Shown here: in pieces, positions 29,301-39,600 of the stretch
Position numbering within the stretch: the first letter of the stretch is position 1
Layout: each line of letters begins with the position of its first letter
Virus record (IMG/VR): IMGVR_UViG_3300036790_000396
Location: 32,001-96,000 of that record
Strand: one strand, 5' to 3'
DNA length: 64,000 nucleotides
Origin: a virus
Notes under the pieces: generated by a model
What the model saw: only the letters and a program-made list of their open reading frames with translations
Databases searched by the model: none
Told to the model about the DNA's origin: nothing
Translations under genes and position numbers: made by a program

Positions 29301-29448
29301 TGCTAACTCGCTCGGAGGGATGGCGCTGTCCCGCGGCGGCAGGCCGGGCCCCCAGGGGCAGTTCCGTCCCGGCACCGTCGGCACCCGCAGCTCCCAGTCC
29401 CGGATGCCGGGCCGCTCCGGCGCGTCGTTCCGCCGGGGGCGCTCGTAG
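26350..29448 (+). CDS. terL: Terminase large subunit, intein-containing
   Basis: PRQ Q-motif, Walker A IGRRGSKG, Walker B LGFDEAAH, PSS coupling motif, nuclease AHGDPS, TFDQFN, KDIADC. Confidence 0.9.
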   Translation: MTSGFWDIVQEADGLPIPDIITFTTGPQWLARPNLYPRQATLLKVIFLRSDLFTDYDRQVIGEWIAAFGATNPNAGGDNKFEAHTNGIQPDIYERIEWLRAHGYRWFKEVILAIGRRGSKGYTCAIAMAYVLYHYLAKGNPQDYYGIMDDKVIQALIFAGKKDQAKANLWGDLNNVITAAPCFTDYISTPQAESLTVFAPHDFARIEAMAARGIRSTKDMASFAVLPKESTLLSSRGPTTAILGFDEAAHVKNSGTSRSFGDVYNAATPSLDQFGADAFICIPSSTWEMTGMFYELWVQSLSAEPDASGAMHGIYANKLMVQLESWAPYIDWERAPELPLFPPDFRGDLGEYSDGNLPRLREMRGPIQSYDDEMRRLERANPDMFAVERRSHWATSLDAYLNPTKVDEIFHPWAERSPRFGPPEISAQQRGIMTMSYRAHGDPSNVGARFGFAIAHKEPDDSGMQHCLGAETRYLTDKGVRTLGETAGTVQNVLTSDHEGGFTGKWVKAEIKSFGVQKLYKVTLQRNKKEKVIYATEGHRWIGRTAGRPASVRSTSGLKRSSPFSLTATFTPGCDAGLTPDEAGIRHGMMTGDGTVYDGYGVLRLFGKKIELSRYFEDLAGYKPRYSSLPSGCPALFMNGIGRLLTRKSPPLQEESDEYLLGWLCGYFATDGNINEQGQARISCADRNILEETRSIAQRIGISCYGISETVRRGLGKENTSLYTIEFIVPTLPGASFFIRSDQRERYEAAWVEKKKKFLQVSWRVRSVEPTDRCEEVFCAVVPGTQAFVLEDNVLTGNCVFDLVKYWDPADYEDHFIDYDEVTDWIFTNGVKPFCPSLLTFDQFNVPATVRVLQKKVRQERLPKQVMVDERVATRDNSWRAYETFKGAVNMGFVHAPFHEEARDELKFLQKKAGAPVVIPPDSGPVVTKDIADCMAIIVYELIGDQMAMLDDTLGGMLPVGAMHTSDTDPMNRFDPGMSAANPYANSLGGMALSRGGRPGPQGQFRPGTVGTRSSQSRMPGRSGASFRRGRS
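27748..28743 (+). mobile_element. Intein (332 aa) with LAGLIDADG endonuclease in the TerL nuclease domain
   Basis: H|CLGAETRYLT...ATEGHRW...HGMMTGDG...WLCGYFATDG...EEVFCA...NVLTGN|C; lower GC. Confidence 0.93.
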
Positions 29449-29526
29449 CCCGGGAAGCAGCAGAGCCCGATCTGTTATTATCAAAAGATGTAGGGAAGGC
29501 TCTGCTGCGGGAGGAAGGAGACGACA

Positions 29527-29724
29527 ATGACCGCAGGAAGAATGATCTGCGCGGCGTGCCGCCACCCCAAGCCGCTCCACGGCAACGGGAAGACGGCATG
29601 CTCTGCCAAGGGCTGCCATTCCGGCCCGGAGGGGGCACCCTGCGCCGGCTTCGTGACCTCGATCCAGGAAGTGCCCGACGTGCCCCCGGTCATGTTCCAG
29701 CCGGCGCTCCCGCGGGCAGTCTGA
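29527..29724 (+). CDS. small Cys/His Zn-finger protein
   Basis: AAGGAG RBS; CAACRHPKPLH...C...C...CAGF. Confidence 0.7.
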   Translation: MTAGRMICAACRHPKPLHGNGKTACSAKGCHSGPEGAPCAGFVTSIQEVPDVPPVMFQPALPRAV

Positions 29725-29855
29725 CTTTCCCCTCACGGGCAGCCTGCCATCCGCAGGCGAGGGCGGCGCGGTGACCCGGGGCGACGCGGATTCCGCATGC
29801 GCCGGTCATGCCGAGGTCCCGGGTCCTGCGCCCCCGGAAGCTGCAGGAGGCACTG

Positions 29856-32800
29856 GTGACGACTGACATTCTCGCCCACTTCGAGGACGAGGGCGTGCGC
29901 AAGGCGGGGGGGCGTCCGCTGCAGCCGCTGCCCGTGGAGGACGGCCTGTACTACCGGGCTCACCATAAGGACGCGCCGTTCGGCCGCGAGCACGCCAGCA
30001 CGCAGAACATCGGCGAGCCGCCGTCCCCTGAGATGGCGAAGTACTGGGAACCGAAGCCGGGATACTCGGCCTTCTGGCATCCGCACCACCTGCGCCAGTA
30101 TCTCGATGAGATGGGCTGGTCAGATGCTGACGACATGAAAGGTCGGCGCGTGCTGATGTTCCGCGGTGCCCCGGTCGGTGAGGGCGCGGACGGAGAGCCG
30201 CGCGTGGTGCCGCATGCCGACAAGCCGGAAGCGTCGATGTCCCCGGGCCAGTTCCGCAGGCGGCTGGAGATCACGCCCGAGCCGGGCACGCGCTGGGACG
30301 ATCACACCTGGGGTCAGGGACCGTCCGGCCAGGTGGCAGATGACGGGTACCGCACTATCCTCGGGGCTGCCCGGCCCGGGCGCGGCCAGGAGACCTGCGG
30401 CTGCTGCCAGGGAAACGGCGAGCACCCTGACGGCACGGAATGCGACCGCTGCGACGGCTTCGGCCTGATGCACCGCGGCGACGACGCTCCGTACTGCCCC
30501 GGGCAGCCGCAGCCCCGCCGCCGGCACTGGCGCGAGGGTGCTGTCATCCCCGAGCCGAAGTGGGATCCGGAGCGCTATGAGAATGAGGGCCGCTCCTACT
30601 CCTCAGAGATGCTCGACAAGGGACACGAGTGGAAGCGCCAGGTCCGCAGGTCCCTCTCCCTGGGCACCATGACCAATGACGAGGCCCGCGAGTCCGGGTA
30701 TCACGGCCAGGGCCATGACCAGGGTGACGACGGGAGCGCGCGCCTGTCCTGGGAGCCGCTGCCGCAGCGCCTCTATCACGTCACCACTGACCTCGCCGGA
30801 GTCCGCGAGCACGGCCTGAAATCCCGCGACGAGCTGGGCCAGCAGCGCGGCGGCGGCCACGGCCTGGGCGGCGGGGAGGACGACACGATCTCCTTCACCG
30901 GTGATCCCGGCACCGCCCGCGGCATCCTGTCGTCCCTGCACGAGTTTCACCGCGCCCTCACCGGCCGCCTGTCCCCGCAGGCGATGTGGGACATGGCCCG
31001 CTCCGGCACCGGCGCCGCCCGTCCCTACCACGAGGGCATCGCGGAGAACTACCGGAGCGGGTGGAAGGACGGTGACCCGCTGCCCCTTCGCCTGCGCCAC
31101 GTCCTGAACGGGCGGGAGGGGGAACGCGAGCTGGCCACCCGCGAGGACATGGAACGCAGGAAAGGTCCCGGCTGGGAGCCCGAGGGCGAGCCCCTCATCG
31201 GAGATCACATGTTCAGCGAATGGTCCCGTCCCGCCTCGGAGGACTCCCGGCGCGAGTCAGCCGCCAGCCTCTACAAGGCATTCGCCTTCCACCGGATGCA
31301 CGCCGGCGGCCGGGAGGACCCGCTGTTCTTCGCGACGGACACGAAGTCGCTCGCGCGCAAGGATCCCCGCAACTTCGCCATCGTCCACGCCTCCCCCCGC
31401 CCCGGGGCCCGCGGCTACCGGGTCCACTCCCTGGGCGAGTGGCGCACCGCGGCCGGCGACGCCGTCAGCGTCCACCACTACGAGCGCCTGCGCGACAAGG
31501 GACAGCAGCGCGAGGCCGTTCGCGTCTCGGACGCTCCTCCTCCCGACCACGCGGAGTACTGCGGCCCCGGGGCGCGCACCGTCTGGCTGCACGAGGACGA
31601 CCGTGACCCGCGCTGCTCCGAGTGCGGCCACCGCGTCGCGGATCCCGCCACCGGGAAGCCGCCCGCCCGGACCCGCGAGCGTCCCCCTCGCCAGTGGGGT
31701 GCCGAGGTCGTCAACCGGCAGCGGGCGAAGCGCGCCCAGGGAGCACGCGGTCACTGGTCCCCGATGGACTGGGCAGCGGAGAACCCGCACCGGGCGGTCA
31801 CCCGCATCGCCCAGGACTCCCTCGCGGAGCAGTACCCGGACCTGGCCCGCACCATGCAGCTCCCGGACGAGCATGACATCTACCAGGAGAGCATGGAGGG
31901 GAACAGGCTGCTGCGCCGCATGCTCGGCCGCAACGGCTACCCGCAGCGGGAGGCTGCCCGGGCATTCGTCATGCCGCATGACCACCCGGAGGCCGGCGTC
32001 TCCCAGCCGGTTCTCGACGAGGACGGGCAGCCCGGCGTGGCACTGCTCCGTTCCCGGTTCACGCCCCTGATCCTCGCCCACGAGGCCGGGCACCTCCTGC
32101 ACGTCCACCACGCCGGGATCGACGCGGGCCCCTACTCCCACCGTCACGGGGAGGAGGCCGGGAGCAGGATGCCCGACGAGGCCATGCACGGCCCGGAGTT
32201 CTCCCGGCATTTCGCCGGAGCCCTCGATGCCATCTCGCCGGGCGCGGGCAGCGATCTCCTCCGCCACCGTGCCGATGCCGCCGCCCTGGTGAGCAACTAC
32301 CGCCGCCGGTTCCACAGTCTCCCCCCGGTGGAGGCGTCGATGCCCGAGCCCGACTACGACCCCTCCGAGCCGCTGCCCCAGGGACGCGGCCTCTTCTGGC
32401 GCCTGCACGACCCCGACGACCGCCCGCTCACGGAGCCGCACGCCCGCAGCCGCCGCGTGGACTGGGACTGGCTGAAGCCGGGTGAGACTGACCCGGACAC
32501 CGGCCTGAAGAACGTGCACATCCAGACGGGACTGCGCGGTTTCTCCGCATTCCAGTCACCGCACCAGCTGCACCGGTACATGGAGGAGTACGGCTGGTCG
32601 GAGGCGGGGCCGGACGGCGAGCACGCGTGGCCGGATTCCAGCCAGGTGGTCGCCTTCCACGGCAAGCAGGTGGGCCGGGGCGACGACGGCGAGCCTCTCG
32701 TCATCCCGCACCCGAACGAGAAGTGCTGCGGGCGCATCATCCACTCCGGCATGGACTGGGACGAGTTCGAGCACCACGTGCAGCGCACCATGGGCAGCGA

Positions 32801-35800
32801 CACCTCGTCTTCCCCCTGGAACCAGCAGCACGCGCACGAGAACTCCCCGGAGATCCGCTCGATCGAGCGGCATCATCACCCGCTGCGCCGCGGCCGGTTC
32901 TACCCGCGCGCGCTGCGCGGCGGCCGGTTCTACCCGCACGAGGGAGCGCTGATGCGTCACTTCGCGGCCGGCCCCGAGGACTACGGGATGGACCACCGGC
33001 CTGACACTGGCGGCCCCCCGCTGCATGACCTGACCGACAGCAGCGAGACGGACTGGAGCCTGCCCGCTGACTACTACGACCGGATGCACGAGTACAGCCA
33101 GAACTATGATGCCGATAACCGCTACGGCATCGCCGAGTCCGAGCGGAAAGTGCGCCGCTACCGGGGGCAGCCGGACAAGCGCGTGAGAGTCTGGCGCGCT
33201 GCGCCGGCCGTGAACCCGGAATCCCGTAACGGCAAGCGCGGCGAAATCAACCACGGCGACTGGATCGGGCTGAGCAGGCAGAAAGCCGTCATGGAGGCTG
33301 CGAAGGAGAACGACCCTCCGTCCGGCAGCCTGCCCGCAGACCATCCGCGCCGCTATCACATCTGGTCCGCGATGGTTCCGGCGAAGCACGTCCGCAACGC
33401 GGACGGGGATCTCACCGAGTGGGGCTATGCCGGCCCCGACATCAAGGACATCACGCACTTCAGCGAGTACTGCAGCCACCGCGCCCGCGCGAAGCGCGAG
33501 GGGATCCTCCGGCACTTCGCCGGGGATTCTCCCGCGACCGGGCACTACGAGGAGCCCACGGGCGGATCGCTCTACCCGGTGCGGCACGTGTTCACCGCCG
33601 TCCACCCGGACGGCACCCGCGCCGACCTCCGGTACGTCCTGTCAAAGTCGGGGCGGAAGGGCGCGATGGACTCGCGCTTCCATATTCCGGCCGGCTACGG
33701 CGAGTCCCTCGGAGTCCCGCTCGCGCGGGCCGCCCGGCGCATGCACCCGCAGGCGAGGATCACCGGCATGCCCGGCGTCGGCCAGGACTGGGACTCGCTC
33801 CTGCCCTCGGTCACCTCACTGCACCGCGGCCTGACGCTGCGCCTCCCCCAGCCGGATCACTCTTTCCTCCACGACGACTCGGTGCCGAAGTCACGCCGGG
33901 CCGCGCGCCTGATGGAGCTGATGGCGGGGCACCCGTCGATGCACTGGGCCAGCCGCCGCGGGCTGGCCGCCGCCGAGGAGGATTTCGGCAATCACGAGTT
34001 CCGCAGGCCCGGCGATACCCAGGTGATGCTCAGCGCGGACGCGCCGCGCCGTGAGGACGTGGAGACGGATCCCGAACGGCTGCTCGCGCAGGACGTCCAC
34101 GAGCACGCGGCCCCGCACTGGGAGGTGCCGCTGAGAGAAGGCGCCCCCGTGAGCGTCACCTCCGTGCGCTGGCGGCAGGGCAGCGGCCCGTGGAGCAAGC
34201 ACCTGTTCCGGGGCGGCCGGCCGTTCACCGCCGCCCGGCAGCGGGAGGGCGACGAGCGCGAGTGGAACGGCTACACGCTGCGCTACCGCACCGAGGACCA
34301 GGGCGAGCGCAAGCCCAGGCACGTCATCGAGGCGTTCCCCGCGGACGGCACGGTCGCCGGGCGGCTCACCTGGTACGGCGCCACCGGGAAGATCCACCGG
34401 ATCGAGACGGCCGGCCCTGAGGACGCCCGCGGTGAGTCCGGCGACGGCTTCGGCAACGGCGCCGATCACCGCCGCAAGGGGCTCGCGACCGCGATGTGGG
34501 ACTGGTCGCAGGAGATGACCCCCAGGGCCCGCCATTCCGGTGACCAGACCGGCATGGGCACGGAATGGGCCCGCTCCCTGCGCCGCAAGGGCGCCCGCCG
34601 TGACCCGGCGCTTCCCAACCCGCACACGGGCGGCGACGAGTGGTTTCATGGCAGCCCCTGGAAGTTCGGCCAGTTCGGGGAGAACAGCAGCACGCTGGAA
34701 TTCGAGGATGATCCTCATGACACCAGCCACTGGAACGCCCTCCTGGGCCACCATTTCGCGGCCAGCCACAAGACCGCCGAGGAGTTCGCGGGCGCCGAGC
34801 ACTCCGCAGATCCTGACGGCAGCTACGACGATGGCGAGCCGGCGCGGAACATCATCCACGCCCGGCTGCACCTCACGAACCCGAAGATCTATGCCTCCGA
34901 GCACGACATGGACCAGGAGGCATACGAGCACGAGTGGAAGGCCGGCAACCACCACGACCTCCATCATGAGCCCGAGCTGCGCGATGATGAATGGGGCGGC
35001 GAATACGATCCCGATTATGACGAGCGGCCCCCGACCTACCAGTACGCCGGGCACGGCGACCGGATGCGCTCCCAGGAAGAATCTGACCCGTCCTACTGGA
35101 ACCAGTCACGTTCCTACCACCCGTACGCCACCGGCTGGCTGAATACCCACCCGGACAAGTACTCCATTGCGCAGCGCTTCAGGGACCGGCTGAAGGCCAG
35201 GGGCCACGACGGCATCGTCTACGGCAACGAGTTCGAGGGCTCCCAGATCGGCAAGGGCGACAAGCATCACCTGGCGGCGATTGCCTTTCACCCGCACCAG
35301 GTCGACGTGACCCAGCGGCACAGCGGCCCGGAGTGCATCGAGCCGGAGGCAGCCGGGCGCTCCTGGCCGGGCAGCCAGCAGCACCCTCTCCCCGGCATGC
35401 CGCGCGTGAGCGTCCTGCGGCACTTCGCTTCCGGCTATTTCGATGAGGTGAACTGGGACGAGATCCACCCCGAGATCGCGGGAGAGCCCCTCCACCGCGG
35501 CGTCGGCGTGACCCTTCCCGGTCACCTGCACCGCTTCGTCCACGACAGGGCGCTGCCCCGCCAGCAGCGCGCGGAGGCGCTCCTGGACTACCTGGGCGAC
35601 TCGGAGAAGCACGGCTACGGACGGGATTCGCAGGCGGGCCTGGGCACTCACTGGTCGATGCGCCGGGACACGGCCGAGAACTTCGCCGAGAACGCCGCGA
35701 AGCACGAGGGCGGGGGCGAGCCCCACCCTGACTACGGGATGATCCCCGGCGAGCGCGAGCACGCCGTCTACACGCCGCCGCCGCGGCCCGCGTCCAGGCC

Positions 35801-36674
35801 CGGCACCGCCGTGGTCTTCCATTCCCGCGTTCCGGACCGTGACGACATCGACGAGCGCGCCGGCGACGACATGGGCGTCTACCACCCCTACTCGCATGAC
35901 GAGGCGGAGGTGCCCGTGCGCTCCGGGGCCGGGATCGGCCTGACCGGCGTCTCCTGGGCACCGGTCCACGACGAGGACGACCCGCGCTCGTGGGACGGCC
36001 CGCAGTACGAGCACCACGAGTTCGGGGAGCCCGACTACCGTACGGCAGCCCGGTCGGGGAGCATGCCGCACCCGGACTACGATCCGTCGGAGGAACTGCC
36101 CGAGGGGCGCGGGATCTTCTATCGGGCGCACGACATGCGCCGTCCGCTCGATGAGCAGCACGCCCGCAGCGCCCCGCTCAGCCACGGCTACCGCCCGTTC
36201 CAGCAGAACCCCGTCTTTTCTGTCGGCCAGCGCGGCTACTCCTCTTTCCGCAGCCCGCACATGCTCAGCTCGTACATGGACGAATACGAGTGGGAGCCCG
36301 CGAAGGACCGGGAAGCAGTTGCCTTCCACGGGAAGCAAGTCGGGGTCGGGGAGGATAACGAGCCGCTCGTAGTCCCGGCCCCGGATCCGCATTGCTGCGG
36401 GCGCGTGATTCATTCCAGGATGCCGTGGGAGGAGTTCGAGCGGAAGACGTGGCCCTCGCACCTTAATGACCCGGAGTCGGAGGAGCACGGCTACCATGAC
36501 GTCGGCGCGCTCCCGCAGCCGTTGCGCCAGCCCTGGGCACCGGAACGCTGGGTGCCTGGTGCCCGCCCCTGGGAAAGCCCGGGGGACCGGTCGGAGCGCC
36601 GTCACCAGGAGAAGGAAGACCGCCGCCGCGAGCGCCGGGCATCCGCGCTGACCCTTACGGAGGCCATGGCATGA
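29856..36674 (+). CDS. Giant polyvalent protein (about 2270 aa): multiple ART-like domains, CXXCXGXG Zn finger, zincin peptidase, GNAT acetyltransferase
   Basis: GTG 29856 with AGGAGG; HEAGH...HGPEF; RRKGLATAM; FHGS...HFA...GHDGIVY.N.FEG; LHRG...HWS...EAEV; three YR.H...GYS.F...DGEP repeats. Confidence 0.85.
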   Translation: MTTDILAHFEDEGVRKAGGRPLQPLPVEDGLYYRAHHKDAPFGREHASTQNIGEPPSPEMAKYWEPKPGYSAFWHPHHLRQYLDEMGWSDADDMKGRRVLMFRGAPVGEGADGEPRVVPHADKPEASMSPGQFRRRLEITPEPGTRWDDHTWGQGPSGQVADDGYRTILGAARPGRGQETCGCCQGNGEHPDGTECDRCDGFGLMHRGDDAPYCPGQPQPRRRHWREGAVIPEPKWDPERYENEGRSYSSEMLDKGHEWKRQVRRSLSLGTMTNDEARESGYHGQGHDQGDDGSARLSWEPLPQRLYHVTTDLAGVREHGLKSRDELGQQRGGGHGLGGGEDDTISFTGDPGTARGILSSLHEFHRALTGRLSPQAMWDMARSGTGAARPYHEGIAENYRSGWKDGDPLPLRLRHVLNGREGERELATREDMERRKGPGWEPEGEPLIGDHMFSEWSRPASEDSRRESAASLYKAFAFHRMHAGGREDPLFFATDTKSLARKDPRNFAIVHASPRPGARGYRVHSLGEWRTAAGDAVSVHHYERLRDKGQQREAVRVSDAPPPDHAEYCGPGARTVWLHEDDRDPRCSECGHRVADPATGKPPARTRERPPRQWGAEVVNRQRAKRAQGARGHWSPMDWAAENPHRAVTRIAQDSLAEQYPDLARTMQLPDEHDIYQESMEGNRLLRRMLGRNGYPQREAARAFVMPHDHPEAGVSQPVLDEDGQPGVALLRSRFTPLILAHEAGHLLHVHHAGIDAGPYSHRHGEEAGSRMPDEAMHGPEFSRHFAGALDAISPGAGSDLLRHRADAAALVSNYRRRFHSLPPVEASMPEPDYDPSEPLPQGRGLFWRLHDPDDRPLTEPHARSRRVDWDWLKPGETDPDTGLKNVHIQTGLRGFSAFQSPHQLHRYMEEYGWSEAGPDGEHAWPDSSQVVAFHGKQVGRGDDGEPLVIPHPNEKCCGRIIHSGMDWDEFEHHVQRTMGSDTSSSPWNQQHAHENSPEIRSIERHHHPLRRGRFYPRALRGGRFYPHEGALMRHFAAGPEDYGMDHRPDTGGPPLHDLTDSSETDWSLPADYYDRMHEYSQNYDADNRYGIAESERKVRRYRGQPDKRVRVWRAAPAVNPESRNGKRGEINHGDWIGLSRQKAVMEAAKENDPPSGSLPADHPRRYHIWSAMVPAKHVRNADGDLTEWGYAGPDIKDITHFSEYCSHRARAKREGILRHFAGDSPATGHYEEPTGGSLYPVRHVFTAVHPDGTRADLRYVLSKSGRKGAMDSRFHIPAGYGESLGVPLARAARRMHPQARITGMPGVGQDWDSLLPSVTSLHRGLTLRLPQPDHSFLHDDSVPKSRRAARLMELMAGHPSMHWASRRGLAAAEEDFGNHEFRRPGDTQVMLSADAPRREDVETDPERLLAQDVHEHAAPHWEVPLREGAPVSVTSVRWRQGSGPWSKHLFRGGRPFTAARQREGDEREWNGYTLRYRTEDQGERKPRHVIEAFPADGTVAGRLTWYGATGKIHRIETAGPEDARGESGDGFGNGADHRRKGLATAMWDWSQEMTPRARHSGDQTGMGTEWARSLRRKGARRDPALPNPHTGGDEWFHGSPWKFGQFGENSSTLEFEDDPHDTSHWNALLGHHFAASHKTAEEFAGAEHSADPDGSYDDGEPARNIIHARLHLTNPKIYASEHDMDQEAYEHEWKAGNHHDLHHEPELRDDEWGGEYDPDYDERPPTYQYAGHGDRMRSQEESDPSYWNQSRSYHPYATGWLNTHPDKYSIAQRFRDRLKARGHDGIVYGNEFEGSQIGKGDKHHLAAIAFHPHQVDVTQRHSGPECIEPEAAGRSWPGSQQHPLPGMPRVSVLRHFASGYFDEVNWDEIHPEIAGEPLHRGVGVTLPGHLHRFVHDRALPRQQRAEALLDYLGDSEKHGYGRDSQAGLGTHWSMRRDTAENFAENAAKHEGGGEPHPDYGMIPGEREHAVYTPPPRPASRPGTAVVFHSRVPDRDDIDERAGDDMGVYHPYSHDEAEVPVRSGAGIGLTGVSWAPVHDEDDPRSWDGPQYEHHEFGEPDYRTAARSGSMPHPDYDPSEELPEGRGIFYRAHDMRRPLDEQHARSAPLSHGYRPFQQNPVFSVGQRGYSSFRSPHMLSSYMDEYEWEPAKDREAVAFHGKQVGVGEDNEPLVVPAPDPHCCGRVIHSRMPWEEFERKTWPSHLNDPESEEHGYHDVGALPQPLRQPWAPERWVPGARPWESPGDRSERRHQEKEDRRRERRASALTLTEAMA
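32883..32937 (+). repeat. Imperfect 30-bp-period tandem duplication (LRRGRFYP / LRGGRFYP)
   Basis: ctgcgccgcggccggttctacccgc ... ctgcgcggcggccggttctacccgc. Confidence 0.8.
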
Positions 36675-39600
36675 GCAGCCGGCAGGCAGCGTGGACGCCG
36701 TCCGAGCGCATCTTCGGCCGAACATGGGGCCTGGATCACCGGCTGTTCAGCGGGGACCGCATGCGCCCGGAAGTCCGCAGGACACTCCTGGCGCGGCTGG
36801 ACAGCGCGCTGGAGCCCGTCCTCGGCCCGCAGTGGCAGGTCTTCACCCGCGCCTACCTCATGGGCTCGCAGGCGTCCCGCTGGACCTCCCCGGAGCTGGA
36901 GGGCAACGGGGACCTCGATGTCATCCTCGCGGTCGACCCGGGTCATCCCCACGAGGACGCCGGGCACATCAACGGCATCCTGCGGCGCACGTTCGACCGC
37001 GGGGACTGGCACCCGCCGTTCGATCCCCGGGGCACCTACGACCTGACGGGCTACGTCAACCCGCTGGCCTGGAACGTCACGGACATCAGCCCCTACGCTG
37101 CCTATGACCTGACCGGAGACCGCTTCGCCGTGGACCCCCCCGACCTTCCCGACTGGTCCCCGGACCAGTTCCCGCAGGGAAAGGCCCTGCTGCAGGAGGG
37201 CCGGGCTCTCGGTGCCCAGGCCCGCGCGCTGCTGCGGATGCCCGAGCCGTTCCGCTCGCAGGAGGCGCGGCGGCTGTGGGACTACATCCGCTCCGGCCGC
37301 GACGAGGGATTCGCTCCCGGCGGGCTGGGCTGGCAGTCTGCCGGGAATGTACTCGAAAAGATGCTCGACCAGATGCCCGGCAACCTCGTCGGCCGCCTGA
37401 AGGAAGCCGTCTACGGCAGGCAGGTCACTGCCGGCGCCTACGACTGGGCTGCTGACGAGGGGCCGTACACCTGGGAGGAGATCGGCGACCGGTACCCGCG
37501 CGTCTACGGCGAGGACTCCGGCGACAGCGAGGGAATCGGCTGGGCGGCCTCGCACCTGTACCACGACCGTCCCGGCCATTCGCAGGACGACAGCACGGGC
37601 GAGGAGTCCGCCGACGACATGGAGTTCCACCCGCGGACGGTCGACCCGGCCCGGATTGACTACATGCGCTCCGAGCCGGGAGACCCGCGCGTGACCCGGG
37701 CCCGCAGGGGATATGAGAGCCAGCAGCCGGAAAAGGTCCCGCCGCTGATCCTGGTGCACCGTAACGGCGTGTTCATGCCAGCCGACGGCCATCACCGGGC
37801 AGAGGGCGCGGCCAGGGCCCGCAAGCCGGTGCGTGCCTACGTGGCCTATTCCCCGCACGATGCCGAGCCGTTCTCCGACGGGGAGCGGGGCCCGTTCAAC
37901 GGTGCCGGGACCAGGGAACGGCCCCCGCTGACGGACCAGGACGGCCGGCAGTTCCGGATATCCTACCCCGGGTTCCCGCATACGGCCGAGACGGAGATCC
38001 CGCCGCGGGAGGCGTCGCTCCTGAGCCACTTCGCGGCCTGGGAGGACGAGTACGACGATGACCATGGCGACGGCCAGGATCCCGATCGCTACGTCGAGTG
38101 CGACCAGGGCCACCGCCACTGGGGCGCCGCCGGGGCCGCTGGCCTCCTGATCCGCCATAAGCGCCCCTCGGGCGAGCACGAGTACCTGCTGCAGAAGCGG
38201 TCCCCGTACGTGCAGCACGGCGGCACCTGGTCCACGCCCGGCGGTGCCCTGGGCCACGGCGAGACGCCCGAGGAAGGCGCGGTGCGCGAGGGCGAGGAGG
38301 AGCTTGGCGGGCTGCCCGACGATCTCTGGCACAGCCACACGAGCCATGACGAGCACGGCGGATGGAAATACTCGACTGTCGTCATGGACTCCCCGCGCCG
38401 GTTCGAGCCTGAGGGCGGCGGCGAGAGCGACTGGGAGCACGGCGGCCACGGCTGGTTCACGCCGGAGGAGATGAAGGACCTCCCGCTGCACCCCGGATTC
38501 GCGGCGAGCTGGGACCGGGTCCGCAAGTCCGGGGCCCTGCGCCAGGCCGTCGTCGATCCCGCCAGCCTGCCCCGCGACCAGCTGAACGGGATCACGCGTG
38601 CCCGCGTCTACTACCCGCCGGGCCAGTCGGAGGACCGGCGCCTCCTCGACGTGGCGAGCAGGCCGCGCCCCGGCACCCGCGTGTGGCGCGGCGAGCTGCG
38701 CCCGGAGGGGGAGAACCCGGGGAACGTGCAGTCGGTCGGCATGCACTGGACCGTGAACCCCAGGGCGCTGCTGCTGCGCGGCAATGAGCCGGGGTGGAGG
38801 CAGCACGTCTGGCAGGGCGTCGTCGATGACTTCGGCTCCCAGGCGTTCCCCCGCAGCCATGATGTGTGGAGGGCGGTGCGCAGCGGCGACGGGGAGCACG
38901 AGATCCGTTTCCGCCCCGGTGCCCGGGTGCGCCTGGAAGGCGCCTACGTGTCCGGCAGCGGCACGGGGGACCGCCGGGAGCCGATGGGGATCCTGGATCC
39001 CCTCCACCCGGAGAGTACCGACCCGCGCTGGGAATGGCACCCGATGGACCGGCCCGTGACCGTCCGGCACCGCCCCGGGGCGCCCGGCTCTCCCTCGCGG
39101 GGAGGTGCTGACTACGCGTCCCTGGGCATCAGCCACGAGGGCGTGGCCCACGATGACTCCAACCCGTACCTGATGGTGGCCGTCGTCCCGCCCGAGCATG
39201 TCTCCGCCGCCCTCGCGGAGTCGATGGAGCCCCTTACCCGCCATGACCCGGAGCCGCCGGAGGAGCATCACGTCACGATGCTGTACCTGGGCAAGGAGAA
39301 GGACCACACCCCGGCGCAGCGCGCGAAGCTGCCCGGCCTGGTCCGGGAGTGGGCGTCCTGCCAGCAGCCGTTCACCGTCCGCGTGCAGGGCGCGGGGACG
39401 TTCGCTAACGAGGGCGAGCACACCGTCCACGCCCTGGTCGACATGCCCGACGGCCATCACCTCCGCACGTCACTGGAGGAGCACCTCGCCGGCCATGGCA
39501 TCTCGTGGCCGCGGGATCACGGGTTCGCCCCGCACCTGACGCTGGCCTACTCGCAGCAGCCGGTCCGGTTCCTGCCCAGTGTCCCGCGCTCGGAATGGAC

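Noticed and set aside
32340-36450. A2/A3 repeats as the template and variable repeats of a diversity-generating retroelement
   Set aside because: No reverse transcriptase in the window; the copies differ by indels and general divergence rather than adenine-specific changes
36671-37430. Nucleotidyltransferase as a CBASS cyclase or defence operon
   Set aside because: No Cap effector or ancillary genes; it is fused to degradative domains in a phage head region
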